The notes under the pieces were generated by a model. It did not search any database, was not told the DNA's origin, and worked only from the letters and a program-made list of their open reading frames with translations. Shown here one piece after another: positions 26,416 through 38,965 of a DNA stretch of 64,000 bases (position 1 is the first letter of the stretch; every line of letters starts with the position of its first letter). A program made the position numbers and the translations under genes. Origin of the DNA: Octopus sinensis (taxonomy: Eukaryota). Where the stretch lies: NCBI RefSeq assembly GCF_006345805.1, contig NC_042998.1, positions 1,550,001-1,614,000 on the forward strand. The letters are read 5' to 3'.

Positions 26416-29400
26416 AATAAGAAGAGTGCGACTGTTATCGAATGAGCAATATTTCGACACTTCGTGTGTCTTCCACAAGTTCAAAATGATCAGTTCAATC
26501 TACTTCATTTTGGTAATATTTAAGGATTGACGTTACTCCTCTCGAAGGTAAAGGAACAATAAGAAGACACGCGAAGTGTCGAAATATTGTTCATTCGATA
26601 ACAGCCGGACTCTTCTTATTGTTCCTTTACCTTCGCGGGGAATAACGTCAATCTTTAAATATTACCAAAATGAAGAAGATTGAGATAATTATTTTGAACT
26701 TGTGGAAATGATGGTGACAGTGTTCCACCCGGCAGGCTCAGAGATTCTGGTCCGGCTCCAGCCTGCCGATATCCAGAAAGTGACCACCACACACGGCGTA
26801 AATGGAGCAAGCAAATTAATGTTGTGGTCATGGAGTGTTACTACCCCAGCAACCCGATAGATGAAAATGGTGCTCAAATTAGGGGTTACTGGCAACGTAT
26901 GTATGATTATTGGAGAGAAAAGGGATTGTTTCAACTCACGGAACAGATATTATGTGATCAAGCTAGAGCAATAAGAAAAATCGTTGGTTCACAGAAGTAG
27001 AGCTCGAAGCTATCAAAAGACGGGTCTTGGAAAATAGCAGCAGAGATAACGATGAAAATACAGATCTTACTAATAAGAGTAATCTCATTGCACAGGAAAG
27101 AAGTATTGGTAGTTTACTTGACGAGAGACATGCAGACGATCTAAAAGAAGACAATAAAGCTAATGGGGACATGACAGATGAACAAAAGGCAATCTACGAC
27201 AGATTAAAGGCAAGACTACAGGAAAACGATAGCGACATTATTTGCAAACTTAAAGAGGTTGATCGAATTATTTTCAATAAAAATCTCCAGCATCTTTATG
27301 TTAGAACATAAAGAATCAGATAAAATACCCCTAAACAAGAATTGTTGTAGCAGAAAACGTGAGTGTGTTTGCCATGAAAAGAAGCATAATGAAAGAGAAA
27401 AAAGAAAAGATCCATGGTGGAAAAGAAGAATCCAGGCAGGGTTAGACAATCTCTCGAAGGAAATTTCTGTGTTAGACCGAAAAGAAAAAGGGGAGCTTAA
27501 AAGTGAACAGAAATACAGGGCGCTGAAAAGAAAGTATAATATTGAAAGAAAGAGCCTGAAAGTAGTAGTGGAGTAACTGAAACAGCACCTCGTTGCAAAG
27601 AAAGCAAAGATGGTAAGATACGACTAAAGAATGAAGGGTTACCACCAGAATAGGCTATTCAGAGTAGATCAGAAGAGATTCTATAAAGAAATACCTGGAG
27701 AGTGTACAGGTGAAAAGTTGATACCAGATAACAATGAAAGTCAAAGGTTTTGGAGTGACATCTGGAGCAAAGACAAGGAGCACAAGAAGGATGCTGAATG
27801 GTTGCAAGAACTGAAACAAACAGTAGTCTGTCCAAAACAGGCAGAACTTGTCATTTCAGTTAGAGAAGTGAAGGAAATCAGCAAAAAATGAGCAACTGGA
27901 AGGGCCCAGGACCAGATGGAGTTCAAGGGTACTGGATCAAAAGATTTGGTGAATGTCATGCACTAATAGCTGCGCAACTCAACATCTTGTTAAATGCCGA
28001 CCAAGTAACACCGGAGTGGTTGACATTGGGTAGGACAGTGCTGTGCTAGAAAAACATCGAAAAAGGTCATACGGTAGACAATTACAGGCCGATATCCTGT
28101 TTGTGGAAGTTATTGACTGGAATACTTGCGGAATCAATGTTCGAACATCCGGAAAAAAATGGAGTCCTGCCACATGAGCAAGAAGGGGTGCAAGCGTAAG
28201 TGCAGAGGTACCAAGGATCTACTCTTGATAGAAAAAAAACTGTACTTAGAGACTGCAAGAGGAGGAAAAGTAACTTAGACATGTCATGGATCGACTATCG
28301 TAAGGCGTACGATATGCTCCCACACTCTTGGATTATGGAATGTATGAACCTATTTGGTATTGCATCGAATGTCGAGCGATTGCTTGGAAAAAGTATGGCG
28401 AATTGGAGGACGGACCTGACAGCATACGGAAGAAGCTGAGGGACAGTAGAAATTAGGAGGGGCATTTTCCAAGGGGACTGTCTGTCCCCACTGATCTTTG
28501 TACTGTGCTTGATACCACTAACACTGATTCTGAGGAAAGCAAAAACTGGGTATGTATTCAAAAGCCGCCAACAAAAAGTCAACCATTTGTTATTCATGGA
28601 TAACCTCAAACTTTATGATAAAGATGAAGCCTAAGTTGTTACGATGTATACCTTCAGTGCTGATACCAGAAGGAAGTTCGGACTGAGAAAGTGTGGTATG
28701 TTAGTGTTGAAGAGAGGCAAAATCAAATGTATGGATGGACTAACGATACCGTCGGGAGAGGTTATGAAGCAGATAGAAGAGACGCGCTATAAGTACTTGG
28801 GGATTTTGGAAATGGATAAACTGATGGAGAAAGAAATGACAGAAAAATTTAAGGTGGAGTACTTATGCAAACTGAGACTGATCCTTATGTCGAAATTAAA
28901 CAGACGGAATAAGATTGAAGCTATCAACACCTGGGTGGTTTCAGCCCTTAGATATGGAGCAGGGTTAATCGCATGGACAGTAGAGAACCTAAACAGCTTA
29001 GACAGAAAGACAAGGAAGTTGCTAACTAGATCTGGGTCACTCCACCTAAAAATTGACACAGACAGACTGTATGTACCAAGAAAAGAGGGGGAAGAGGACT
29101 TATTGGAGCACTAGAGCAGAAATAAAACAACACAGCATAGTATGTAAAAAATGTAAGAAGGCAGGCTTGTGTAGGATGAATGATTGCAAAGTTAAAGCAA
29201 TGTACAAGAAATTGAAAACGAATGAAACTGAAAATAGGTGGATAAAGAAAAGAACGCATGGTCAATTTCAAAGGAATGTTGAAGATAAGACAGACAGAAA
29301 AAAAAGATGACTGTGAATGACTAAAAGTAGCTTAAAACCGGAAACGGAGGCACTAATCTGTGCTACCCAAGAGCAAGCACTAAGAACAAACTACATAAAT

Positions 29401-30022
29401 ATAGAATAGACAACACATCAGAAAGTGATAAGTGGAGAATCTGTGGACAGAAAGAATATAAGAGACGCCACGACAATATAGCCAGGCTTGTCCATTGAAC
29501 ACTTTGCAACAAGTATGAACTTGACAGAGCAAAAAATTGGTACGACCACAAACCCGAAGGCATCGTCGAAAATCCTATGGGATTCTTATGGTTCAGTGTA
29601 ACCATGAGATAGAGTATAGGAAGCCAGACATAGTCTTAATTGAGAAAGAAACCAAACTATGCTGGATCATATATATATATAGCATGCCCAGCTAACAACA
29701 AAGTATGCGATAAGGACTAAAGAAAATTCGAGAGATATGACAGGTTAGCTTGGGAGGTTAAGTAGTTGTGGTCGATGAAAAAGGTAGCAGTAGTACCAAT
29801 AATTGTCGGAGCCCTGGGAACAGTGAACAAAAATCTCGAGAGGTACGCGGAATAAATAGGAGCTGCAATAAGAGTGGAGCACTTGCAGAAAACATCACTG
29901 CTTGGAACCACCCGAATACTCCGGAAGATGCTCGAAAAATAAGAGGTGTTACCATAGTTCACTGGTAGTGAACAGCTGACACTGTAGTACATCTCCAGTG
30001 TTAGAAGCTGTGCAAAGGCAAG
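26414..30022 (+). mobile_element. Near full-length decayed R4/Dong-like element, family 6
   Basis: N-terminal RKWSKQIN..VMECYY; RT motifs [49 protein letters not shown]; RRHDNIA; RKPDIVLI; many stops and frameshifts. Confidence 0.9.
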
Positions 30023-30035
30023 AATAATAATAATA

Positions 30036-30098
<63 letters not shown>

Positions 30099-30099
<1 letters not shown>

Positions 30100-30327
30100 T
30101 CAGACAAATTCAGACAATATTCAGACAAATACATAACAAAAACACCAGGACTTACAAACACATATAACATACAGAAAATTGCACTACTAGGCACTGCACA
30201 CATCCTACGCAGAACACTTTCCATACAATAACCATCAGAGCATCACAACAAATCACAGCACATACCCAAGGCACACAGCTGCGCTCGGTAGTGAAGTGAA
30301 AGCACGCTATAAAAATAAAACTACTGA
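30099..30327 (+). mobile_element. R4/Dong-like 3' end, family 1, second copy
   Basis: Near-identical to 22625-22835; short TTCAGACAA reiteration at the 5' junction. Confidence 0.9.
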
Positions 30328-30343
30328 ATAATAATAATAATAA

Positions 30344-30393
<50 letters not shown>

Positions 30394-30466
30394 CAACAAC
30401 AACAACAACAGCAGCAGCAGCAGCAGCAACAACAACAACAAAAACAACAACAACAACAACAACAAC

Positions 30467-30516
<50 letters not shown>

Positions 30517-30534
30517 TAATAATAATAACAATAA

Positions 30535-30712
30535 TCCTTTCTATTATGAATTTTTTGTGGGGGATCGGGCTAATAGATTACATCGACCCTAGTGCTCAAC
30601 TTGAGTCGATGCTTTCTCAACCCCGAATAAATGAAAGGCCAAGTCAACCTCAAGTGAATTAGATCTCACTCGGCACAGACGGACGAAATGACGGTAAGCA
30701 TTTTGCCCTGCA
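30535..30712 (-). mobile_element. SINE family B (type-ii tail) whose (ATT)n tail is the right end of the main AAT array
   Basis: Family B core; tail runs into (AAT/CAA/CAG)n at 30328-30534. Confidence 0.65.
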
Positions 30713-31518
30713 TGAGATGGACACAAACGTCAATATCACTAAGTTAAATATAGTATATGTATGTGTAGCAAGTCTTTAGTTGCGAAAGTAACTCGGAATT
30801 CTCTCAGATCTACCAATAAAAAAATATCATAATGTAAAGAAACAGTATAGAAAGCAAGCATACAGAAACTGATTAGAAATGAAAATAAATTTCTTTAGCT
30901 TTGAAGAAATTAATGACGAATCGACACAACTGTAGAAAGAAGAGACAAAAGCTTCGAAAAATATATTGAATCCAAAATCAAAGATGGCTTAGAACAAGAA
31001 TTTTCGATTAATTACAAAGAATCTGTCAGTAATGTTAAGCGAGACGGATTTCTCATTTGTCTTCTTTTTTTCTGTTGTAAAAATAAAATAGAAATATTCT
31101 TTTCTACTCTGGGCACAAGGCCCGAAATTTCGAGGGAGGGTTCCAGTACGCAACAGGTACTTAATTTATCGACCTCAAAAGAATGAAAGGTAAAGTCGAC
31201 CTCGGCAGAATTTGAATGAAATAGAAATATTGCAGCTCCAATGAAAACATAGAAGAATTATGAGAAGGAACCAGATCAGCGAATGAATCGTAACAAATGA
31301 AGCCGTTTAAATCAGCGAACAGCACATCGAAACAGCGAACAGCATATCTGGTTATGGGCCATCATAGCGACTGAAAAACTGGTGCCAGGAATGTATAAGA
31401 CCCTAAATTTACGGTTAAAACATATAACTTAGAATCTCAAGTTTCTAAGGGGCATGTTGATACAAACGGAAGCGAGGACATTACCTGACTGGACATACTG
31501 AAAAGCAAACCATCAAAT

Positions 31519-31755
31519 CCCTCAATACTAAAGAAAACCAGAAAACCCCTCAATACTAAAGAAAACCAGAAAACCCCTCAATACTAAAGAAAACCAGAAA
31601 ATCCCTCAATACTAAAGAAAACCAGAAAACCCCTCAATACTAAAGAAAACCAGAAAACCCCTCAATACTAAAGAAAACCAGAAAACCCCTCAATACTAAA
31701 GAAAACCAGAAAACCCCTCAATACTAAAGAAAACCAGAAAACCCCTCAATATTAA
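31519..31755. repeat. 28-bp minisatellite, 8 full units plus a partial unit
   Basis: Unit CCCTCAATACTAAAGAAAACCAGAAAAC. Confidence 0.95.
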
Positions 31756-32069
31756 AAAGACGGCTAACTCTGAAAACTACAGAATATAGTTTTCAAGGAT
31801 AGCCAGGAAAGGACGTACTTGCTAATCGAAGTTACAATTCCAAATGATTTTAATGCATCACTAAAGGGCTTGGAAAATGTTTTCAAATATAAGATCTGGT
31901 TATAGAGATAACCAAAATGTAGTGAGTCAAAACAGAAACTACTCTTATGATAACAGATAGCTTGGAAATGATTTTAAAATATATTCAAACAAATAACTAA
32001 AGACATGCATAGTATATACACTACCAGACACTTCAGATATGACAAAAATGATACGTTATGTTATCTTAT

Positions 32070-32392
32070 GGCACTCCGTCTGTTACGACGATGTAAGTTC
32101 CAGTTGATCCGATCAACGGAACAGCCTGTTTGTGAAATTAACGTGCAAGTGGATGAGCACTCCACAGACACTTGTACCCTTAATGTAGTTCTCAGGGAGA
32201 TTCAGCGTGACACAGAGTGTGACAAGGCCGACTCTTTGAAATAAAGGTACTACTCATTTTTGCCAGCTGAGTGGGCTGAAGCAACGTGAAATGAAATGTC
32301 TTGCTTAAGGACACAACGCGCTGTCGGGAATTGAACTCACGACCTTACAAACCTGAACCGAATAGCGTCACCACTAAGCCACACGCCTTCAC
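32070..32392 (-). mobile_element. tRNA-derived SINE family E
   Basis: TGGCTTAGTGG A box, GAGTTCAATTCC B box; matches 50050-50375 and 63688-64000. Confidence 0.85.
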
Positions 32393-32537
32393 CTATACAT
32401 TATGTAGAGTTATTTCAACGCAATAGAAAATTCAGAACGAAAACAAAGCGCTATACATACCTAAGGTGCACAGAGCTGTGCTTGGCTTGGCGGTGAAAGT
32501 AAGGAAATAAGACGACTGAAAAATAATAACAATGGTA

Positions 32538-32900
32538 ACGGTTTCAAATTTTGGCACAAGGCTAGCAATTTTGGGGAAGGGTGTAAGTCAATTACATCGA
32601 TCCCAGAGTTTAACTGGTGCTTATTTAATGGATGCCGAAAAGATGAAAGGCAAAGTCGACCTCGGCGGAATTTGAACTCAGAACGTAATGACGGACGAAA
32701 TACCTATCTGTTTACTACCCACAGGGGTCTAAATACAGAGAGGACAAACAAGGACAGACAAACGGATTAAGTCGATTATATCGACCCCAGTGCGTAACTG
32801 GTACTTATTTAATCGACCCCGAAAGGATGAAAGGCAAAATCGACCTCGGCGGAACTTGAACTCAGACCATAACGGCAGACGAAATACCGCTAAGCATTTT
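32538..32900 (-). mobile_element. SINE family B with Tx1-like tail nested in a type-ii family B copy
   Basis: Junction GTAGTAAACAGATAG|GTATTTCGTC at ~32703; core duplicated. Confidence 0.85.
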
Positions 32901-33329
32901 AATCTGCCAGCATACTGCTGGCAAGAGAGAGTGGGGCGGGGGGTTCGGAACCGGAAATAATGAAGTTATTCTATGAATTATCCAGCTAAACAGCGGCTGA
33001 GTTGACCAAAGTACAAGGCGTTGTTGAGTGATTTTAAGCTGTAGATAACGTAGAGGTGTAGGTGAAGGAATAAGAAATGTGAAAGGTGCAGTTATTGTGT
33101 TCTATGAGGAAGGTGGTGCTGATGAGGACAGGACGGGTTTGCAAATTGGGTCGGGAACAAGAAGAAAGTCCGTAGGAAGGCAAAAGAGAAAAGGATAAAG
33201 CTATGCATCAGTAAGCCGTGTAGGTGACGGACACGTTTGAATGAAGTAAGGCGTTTTATAGAAGGGGAAAGAAGACTGAAGAAGGCGGAAAGTGAATAGA
33301 TTCTTTCCCCGGTGACCATCAGTACAGAA

Positions 33330-34900
33330 TCCGTATGGCATCATTTAGTAGGACCGGCTCTACGAATAACGCCATTGTTCCTCTACCTTTGAAAAGTACA
33401 ATGAAAGTATTGGGTTGTCCTAAAAGTTCGTGCCGATTTATAGTAGCTTACATTTCGATTTATTTTAGAACATGGTTGAGTCCATGAAATAGAATTTGAC
33501 TACACCTCCATTTAGAGAACAGTTTAAGCTATCTTTTCGTGGAAGAAGATTGATGTTCCTATAACCTGTGTTAGTTCTGTAACCCTTTAAAATGGAAGAT
33601 AAGAAAGTTCATTTTCGGCACTTGATGCTTTGGAAACCAGACAAAAATTACTGCAGCTCGGCTGGGATGTGTTGCCCCACCCTCCATGTCCACCAGATAT
33701 TGCTCCTTCGGATTTCCACTTATTCAGGTCTCTTAATGGATGATGTAAAAAGATACCTTGCTGAATTCTTTGCCATGAAACCACCTCAATTCTGGGAAGA
33801 AGGTATTTTCAAGTTAAAGGGAAGATGGAGACGCATTGTGCAACAAAATGGTTCATATTTGGTTGATTAAAAATGTAATGGCAAGTATTTATTGACCTTT
33901 TTCTTGCCTTTAAAAATCGGCACGAACTTTCCGGACAACCCAATATTATCGTTGCACTTAATATCAGCAGAGTATTTGACTATGTTCGGATGAGCATCAA
34001 ATACCTAAGCTGCACAACAATGGTGTCCACCTATCTCTCACAATCTTGGATTGGAAGTTTGTTATTATAACAGGAAGGGAACTCCCTCCTGTGAAGGTCA
34101 GTCAGCGAATACTAGACCGGTGAGATTTTATCAGTACTGTCTTTTACATACTTTCTCCTGGATATTAATAACCTGCTTATTGTTGCATCTACGAACTCTC
34201 ACAGCTATGTTGATAATACCACACTTGATTAACCTTTAACATGCCTCGCAGATGTGTATCTCATGAATGGATGCACTCTCTGTATGGAGACCTCCGAAAC
34301 ATCCTCTAACAAACTAGTATCTTTCTACAGCTCAAATACATAATCACTGCTTATATAGAGAGAGTAATCTTACAACCTCATTATTTGTCAAAGACGAGAT
34401 GAATCCTCAACCTTACAGTTTCTTGTGCATCCTTTATATTTCTTTTCCTGGCGATATTTCATATTAACATAGCTAAAGCTAGATCCCAAAGATCAACCGT
34501 TCTTTTCGGGACCAGAACGTACTCCAGCTCTGCTGGCCTTCTATAAAGTTCAGTGAGAACTACAATGGAATACTACCTCCACAGATAGAACAATGCTGCT
34601 ACGCAAACTAAAATTTCAGACTGTATCCAACGCACTACAATCTCTGGGCCACAGATGTTTTTTTTTTTTTTTTCTGCATCGTGTCTGTCTATTATATATT
34701 GCTATGATATAACAATGATTTCGTCCCTTCTAAACTATCTCGATGCATACCACTCCCATATCTCATCCTTATCCCCAAGTATCAATCTTACCGACAATGT
34801 CCTGCACCAACCAGTTTCACTAATCCTTCCTTACCAGGATATCCTTACCACTCGGGAAATCGCTACGGATTTCAACATATTTTATGTAGACGGGAATTTG
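33330..34900 (+). mobile_element. Decayed CR1/Jockey-group LINE RT remnant interrupted by a mariner MITE
   Basis: After removing the MITE the frame reads ES.IVALNISRVFDYV (VALDISKAFD-like). Confidence 0.45.
33410..33943 (+). mobile_element. Internally deleted mariner element (MITE-like), copy 1
   Basis: TA-flanked TIRs TTGGGTTGTCC..AAAGTTCGTGCCGATTT; residual WDVLPHPP.PDIAPSDFHLF. Confidence 0.92.
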
Positions 34901-35096
34901 TAGTTACCCAAACCTCAATATTTCACCAAATTCATAGAGCCAGCAAATATTAAGAATTGTGCCAAATTTCCCTGACCACGTCATTTCACACCTACAGTCC
35001 ACATTGATGACTTAACTACCAAGCATATTCTGCATATATATTCAAGTGATCATCATTCCGCACCACAGAAATCATTTTCATTATTATTCTCAGTTA

Positions 35097-36095
35097 TAGG
35101 CGGCGAGCTGGCAGAATTGTTAGCACGCCGGGCAAATACTTAACTGTATTTCGCCCGTCTTTACGTTCAAAGTTCAAATTTCACCAAGTTTCGACTTTGC
35201 ATTTCATCCTTTCGGGGTCGATGTCCCCATTTTCCAAAATTTCAGGCCTTGTGCCTATAATGGAAAGGATTGCTATTCTCGTAGTAAAGTACTCGTATAT
35301 GGTATAATATATATAGTATGTATAGTACATATATTCTATACATATATACTATTTTAAACTAATCGTTAACCGAATCGTTAGCACGCCGGGCAAAATGCTT
35401 AGAGTCATTTCATCTGTCGTTACGTTCTGAGTTCAATTTTCTCCAGCGTCGACTTTGCCTTTCATCCCTTCAGGCTCGATAAAATAAGCACCAGTTGAAC
35501 ATTGAGGTCAGTATAATCGACTTACGTCCTCCCCTGAATTTGCCGGCCTTGTGCCAAAATTTGAAACCATTATTACTTTCATTGCAATAATGACAGCTAC
35601 AGTCCACATTCATGAATTAACAACGACTTATTATATTACACACGACTATGACCTTCGTACCACATTAGAATGCCACAGAAATAATCTTCAACATTATTCT
35701 CATTGTAAAGTGTTGCAGATAAATAGAACTATTAGAGAGTCGGATTAAATGCTTTTGCTACAAACCGTTACTATACTCATCGTTGACAAGTGCTCTGTGA
35801 TGTAATTGAGAACATGGTTGCCTAGTAAGTGCTAGATGTGCAGTTCAAGTCCCTTTAGGAGGCCTGTGTTTCTTTTAAGGTGGTAGACTAACAGAATCGT
35901 AAAAGCGTAGGAGTAAATATTTTGCGGCATGTGCTCTAACTCTTTGCGTTTGGAATTCAAATATCATCGATGTCAACTTTGCTTTTCATATTTCCGAGGT
36001 CAGTAAAATAAAGTTGCAGTCGAGTACGGGAATCAGTGCTATAGATTGTTTCTGCCCCTAAAAGTCTGGCTTTGTGCCTATGTTAGAAAATATTA
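35097..36095 (+). mobile_element. Three dispersed SINE family B copies (35097-35275, 35370-35575, 35880-36095), type-ii tails
   Basis: Shared head and core with GGCCTTGTGCC-like tails. Confidence 0.75.
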
Positions 36096-36358
36096 ATATT
36101 CTCTTATTCCTCAATATTATCAGCGTTATTATTTGCTTTCCAAAATTAGCTGAATGGATATCGCTTCCATTAGAGAAATATAGGTGCAATAAAAAAATCG
36201 ATGATGAATAAAAAAAATAAGAATTAATGAAAGAGTTAGTGAATGAATGAATGAGTTAATGAATGGATGAATGAATGAATTAATGCTTGCATGAGTGTTA
36301 GACTAAGAATGAGACGAATGAAACAAAGAAGAAAAATTACTTACGATTAATTGAAATT

Positions 36359-36454
36359 TTAGTCGTCAAATTCAGTAAATATTGGAGCAACATATGGCGA
36401 ATGACGGATTCCAAAGGAATAAGCAGCGGCCGTTCTCTTCGGTCGCATCCATTG
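36359..36454 (-). CDS. ODF3: ODF3/SHIPPO1-like protein, last coding exon
   Basis: Acceptor ATCAACAG; QWMRPKRTAAAYSFGIRHSPYVAPIFTEFDD* matches the ODF3 family C-terminal FGIxHS motif; phase 0. Confidence 0.88.
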   Translation of the reverse strand, partial: QWMRPKRTAAAYSFGIRHSPYVAPIFTEFDD

Positions 36455-37150
36455 CTGTTGATATATATTGGAAATTACATTTATAATTCGTGGACAATCA
36501 GTACAGACGTGTGCGTCCGTGTATGTGTTTGTATCAAAGTAATAGACGCAATGCCGCTTACAGTTACAAACAAAATCCTTTCCAAATGTTTTCATAGTAT
36601 ATATGAATACGGAAAGGAGACATAAAACGGGAACTTCTAATTAAATGTAGATTACGAATCAGACATTAACATTCCATATCGCTTGATTGACAATCTACAA
36701 CTGACAGCAACCACAGAAAATTTAATAATTATTTCTGGCATCTGAATAACTCGCCGGAAAATGCTTTCTGACCAATGCCTGAAGTAAATTTGAAGAAACA
36801 CCACACACAGATAGCAAGTTTGGAATTTTTTTCCCTTCGACCATTTTGCTTTTAACTGCATACATGAAACTGAAGCATAACCTTACATTGTTTTATGATG
36901 GCTTGTATATTAATAAATTCTAGGGTAGCAAAAAAAATTAAGAAAATTTCTTTGCTACCAGTGCTCTAGCGAGAAGAAAAAAACTAGTCAATAGACTATA
37001 TATTATTCATATAAAAATACTGTGTACATTTAAACACATAAGAGATAACCATAATAGGACATCTGACTCGCTAGGAGTAGTAGTTAAACTCGAAACCACT
37101 ATTAGGGGTAATTTCGAAAGGGAATGAAAAATAAAAACATTTATCCACTA

Positions 37151-37226
37151 TTTCCTATACCATAGTTTCAAGCTATCTTCAGTAAATAAAATATTTTACC
37201 TTGGCGAAGCTCTCGTCAGTAGGAAA
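37151..37226 (-). ncRNA. Minimal type I hammerhead ribozyme, core intact
   Basis: TTTCCTA-CTGACGA-GAGCT...AGCTT-GAAA-CTATG-GTA-TAGGAAA: stem I 7 bp, stem II 5 bp (one G.U), predicted cleavage after GUA (37158/37157). Confidence 0.8.
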
Positions 37227-37419
37227 GCCAAGATTAACAATTACCACTACTAGAGGTAATTTCGAAAGGGAATGACAAATAAAAACATTTACACTCTATT
37301 TCCTATACCATGGTTTCAAGCTATTTTCAGTAAATAAAATAATTTACCTTGGCGAAGGTTATAACATGTAAACACGAGGCATGTTCTGTATCGCCTCATC
37401 TTTATATGTTAATATTGGT

Positions 37420-37495
37420 TTTCCTACCGACGAGAGCTTCGCCAAGATAAATTAATTTATTTATTGAAGATAGCTTGAAATCATGGTATAGGAAA
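37420..37495 (+). ncRNA. Hammerhead ribozyme copy in the inverted arm, core mutated (CCGACGA)
   Basis: TTTCCTA-CcGACGA-GAGCT...AGCTT-GAAA-TCATG-GTA-TAGGAAA. Confidence 0.6.
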
Positions 37496-37734
37496 TAGAG
37501 GGTAAATGTTTTTATTTTTCATTCCCTTTTGAAATTACCCCTAAAAGTGGTTTGGAGTTTAACTACTCCATCTAGCGAGTCAGACGTCCTGTTATAGCCA
37601 TATCTTATGTGTTTAAATGTACACTGTATTTATATATATATATAAGGCGACAGAATAAGAGAAAAACGAGAAAAGGCGAGGAAGATGTATATATAAAAGG
37701 TGGAAGGTTGAAAAACCGGAAAACGAAAAAGAAA

Positions 37735-37807
<73 letters not shown>

Positions 37808-38086
37808 TGAGAATAACTTCGTGTATGTATTTATTTCCCTGCCACTCGACATCAGTGTTGTTTAAGTCCCTGTAATTTAACGGTTCAGCAACAAGCATCA
37901 TACATTTAAAAATTAAATGCGGTGGAGGAAGGGTGCCTTTGTTCGACTAAATCTATCAAGACATTGTCCCAGCATGACCGTAATCCAGTGGCTGAAATAT
38001 ATAGAAGAAGTAAATGTATGCGATAAATGTTTCCAGGACACTCGAGTCACAATTCTCACTCAGTTCTTTATTGCCAATGTCTACTC

Positions 38087-38285
38087 CAGTGGTTTCCAAA
38101 CTTTTTATAGTCGCGACCCACTATTTATCACACCAGTTTGTGACGACCCACTTAACTCTACTTGAACTATCTCGATAGACAGCAGTTAATCAAAGCTAAT
38201 GCGTAATTTTATAACTTTTTGCGACCCACTAAGATTCCGTTCGAGACCCATCTGTGAGTCGTTACTCATAGTTTGGGAACCACTG
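38087..38285. mobile_element. hAT-type MITE
   Basis: TIRs CAGTGGTTTCCAAACT / AGTTTGGGAACCACTG with perfect 8-bp TSD GTCTACTC. Confidence 0.92.
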
Positions 38286-38573
38286 GTCTACTCATTTCAA
38301 CCGTTAGGCGAACAATGTTAAGCCGACTGTTTTTGATAGAATACTCTGTCAAAGGAAATCTTTGTCAATTCAAATTGTGCTGAATTAATCGTTCATTATC
38401 TCGTAGTTTTGACGTTTTATGAAGTGGTAGTTTTTAAGAATGATATTGCAGGATAGGTGTGAGAGGTCGGATATGGCAAGTTTGAACGTGAAACAGGTTG
38501 AATATTTCGGTCGGTTATGCCGGTTTCAATTCTAAAGAGCTAAAATATTGAGCAAGAGAGGATTGTAGCTTAC

Positions 38574-38714
38574 CAATTCTTCATAATGTGCAGCGGGTCC
38601 TGGTATTGTCGTGCTAGCTGATAAAGGCTGGTTTCTCTTGAGAATAGAATAAGCTGGAGGTCTGTTTAGGTACACTGATGTATGAACCGTTTTATATGAA
38701 TTTGGACCAGGTGT
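38574..38714 (-). CDS. ODF3: ODF3/SHIPPO1-like protein, coding exon 3 (absent from the ORF track)
   Basis: TTATTGTAG acceptor, GTAAGC donor, 141 nt, phase 0/0; TPGPNSYKTVHTSVYLNRPPAYSILKRNQPLSASTTIPGPAAHYEEL contains two PGP repeats. Confidence 0.92.
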
Positions 38715-38792
38715 CTACAATAAGAGAAAAATTTATGTGTATATATATATATACATACATACATACTTAAATACATACATACATACATATGC

Positions 38793-38835
<43 letters not shown>

Positions 38836-38918
38836 AAGGCACGTGGACCAGTTTTGATGGCTAACCCTGCGATGGACAAGCCTTCCCATCAAGCGAAAAC
38901 ATCAAAGTGTAATAACAA

Positions 38919-38963
<45 letters not shown>

Positions 38964-38965
<2 letters not shown>

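Larger units (their letters stand above)
30730..32525 (+). mobile_element. Old, interrupted R4/Dong-like copy related to family 1
   Basis: 32450-32520 resembles the family 1 3' UTR (CATACCTAAGG..CAGAGCTGTGCT..GTGAAAG..ACTGAA); upstream part heavily decayed. Confidence 0.45.
37020..37626. mobile_element. Fold-back element, probable Penelope-like/retrozyme-like derivative with hammerhead motifs
   Basis: ~220-bp inverted arms (37020-37239, 37408-37626) plus an internal partial tandem copy (37243-37358). Confidence 0.8.

Noticed and set aside
31519-31755. Regular 28-bp repeats resembling a CRISPR array
   Set aside because: Head-to-tail with no spacers, eukaryotic context, no cas genes
37020-37626. 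Tc1/mariner MITE interpretation (TA-CWGTG...CACTG-TA ends)
   Set aside because: Hammerhead motifs and the partial tandem plus inverted layout fit a Penelope-like origin better, though secondary mobilisation as a MITE is not excluded
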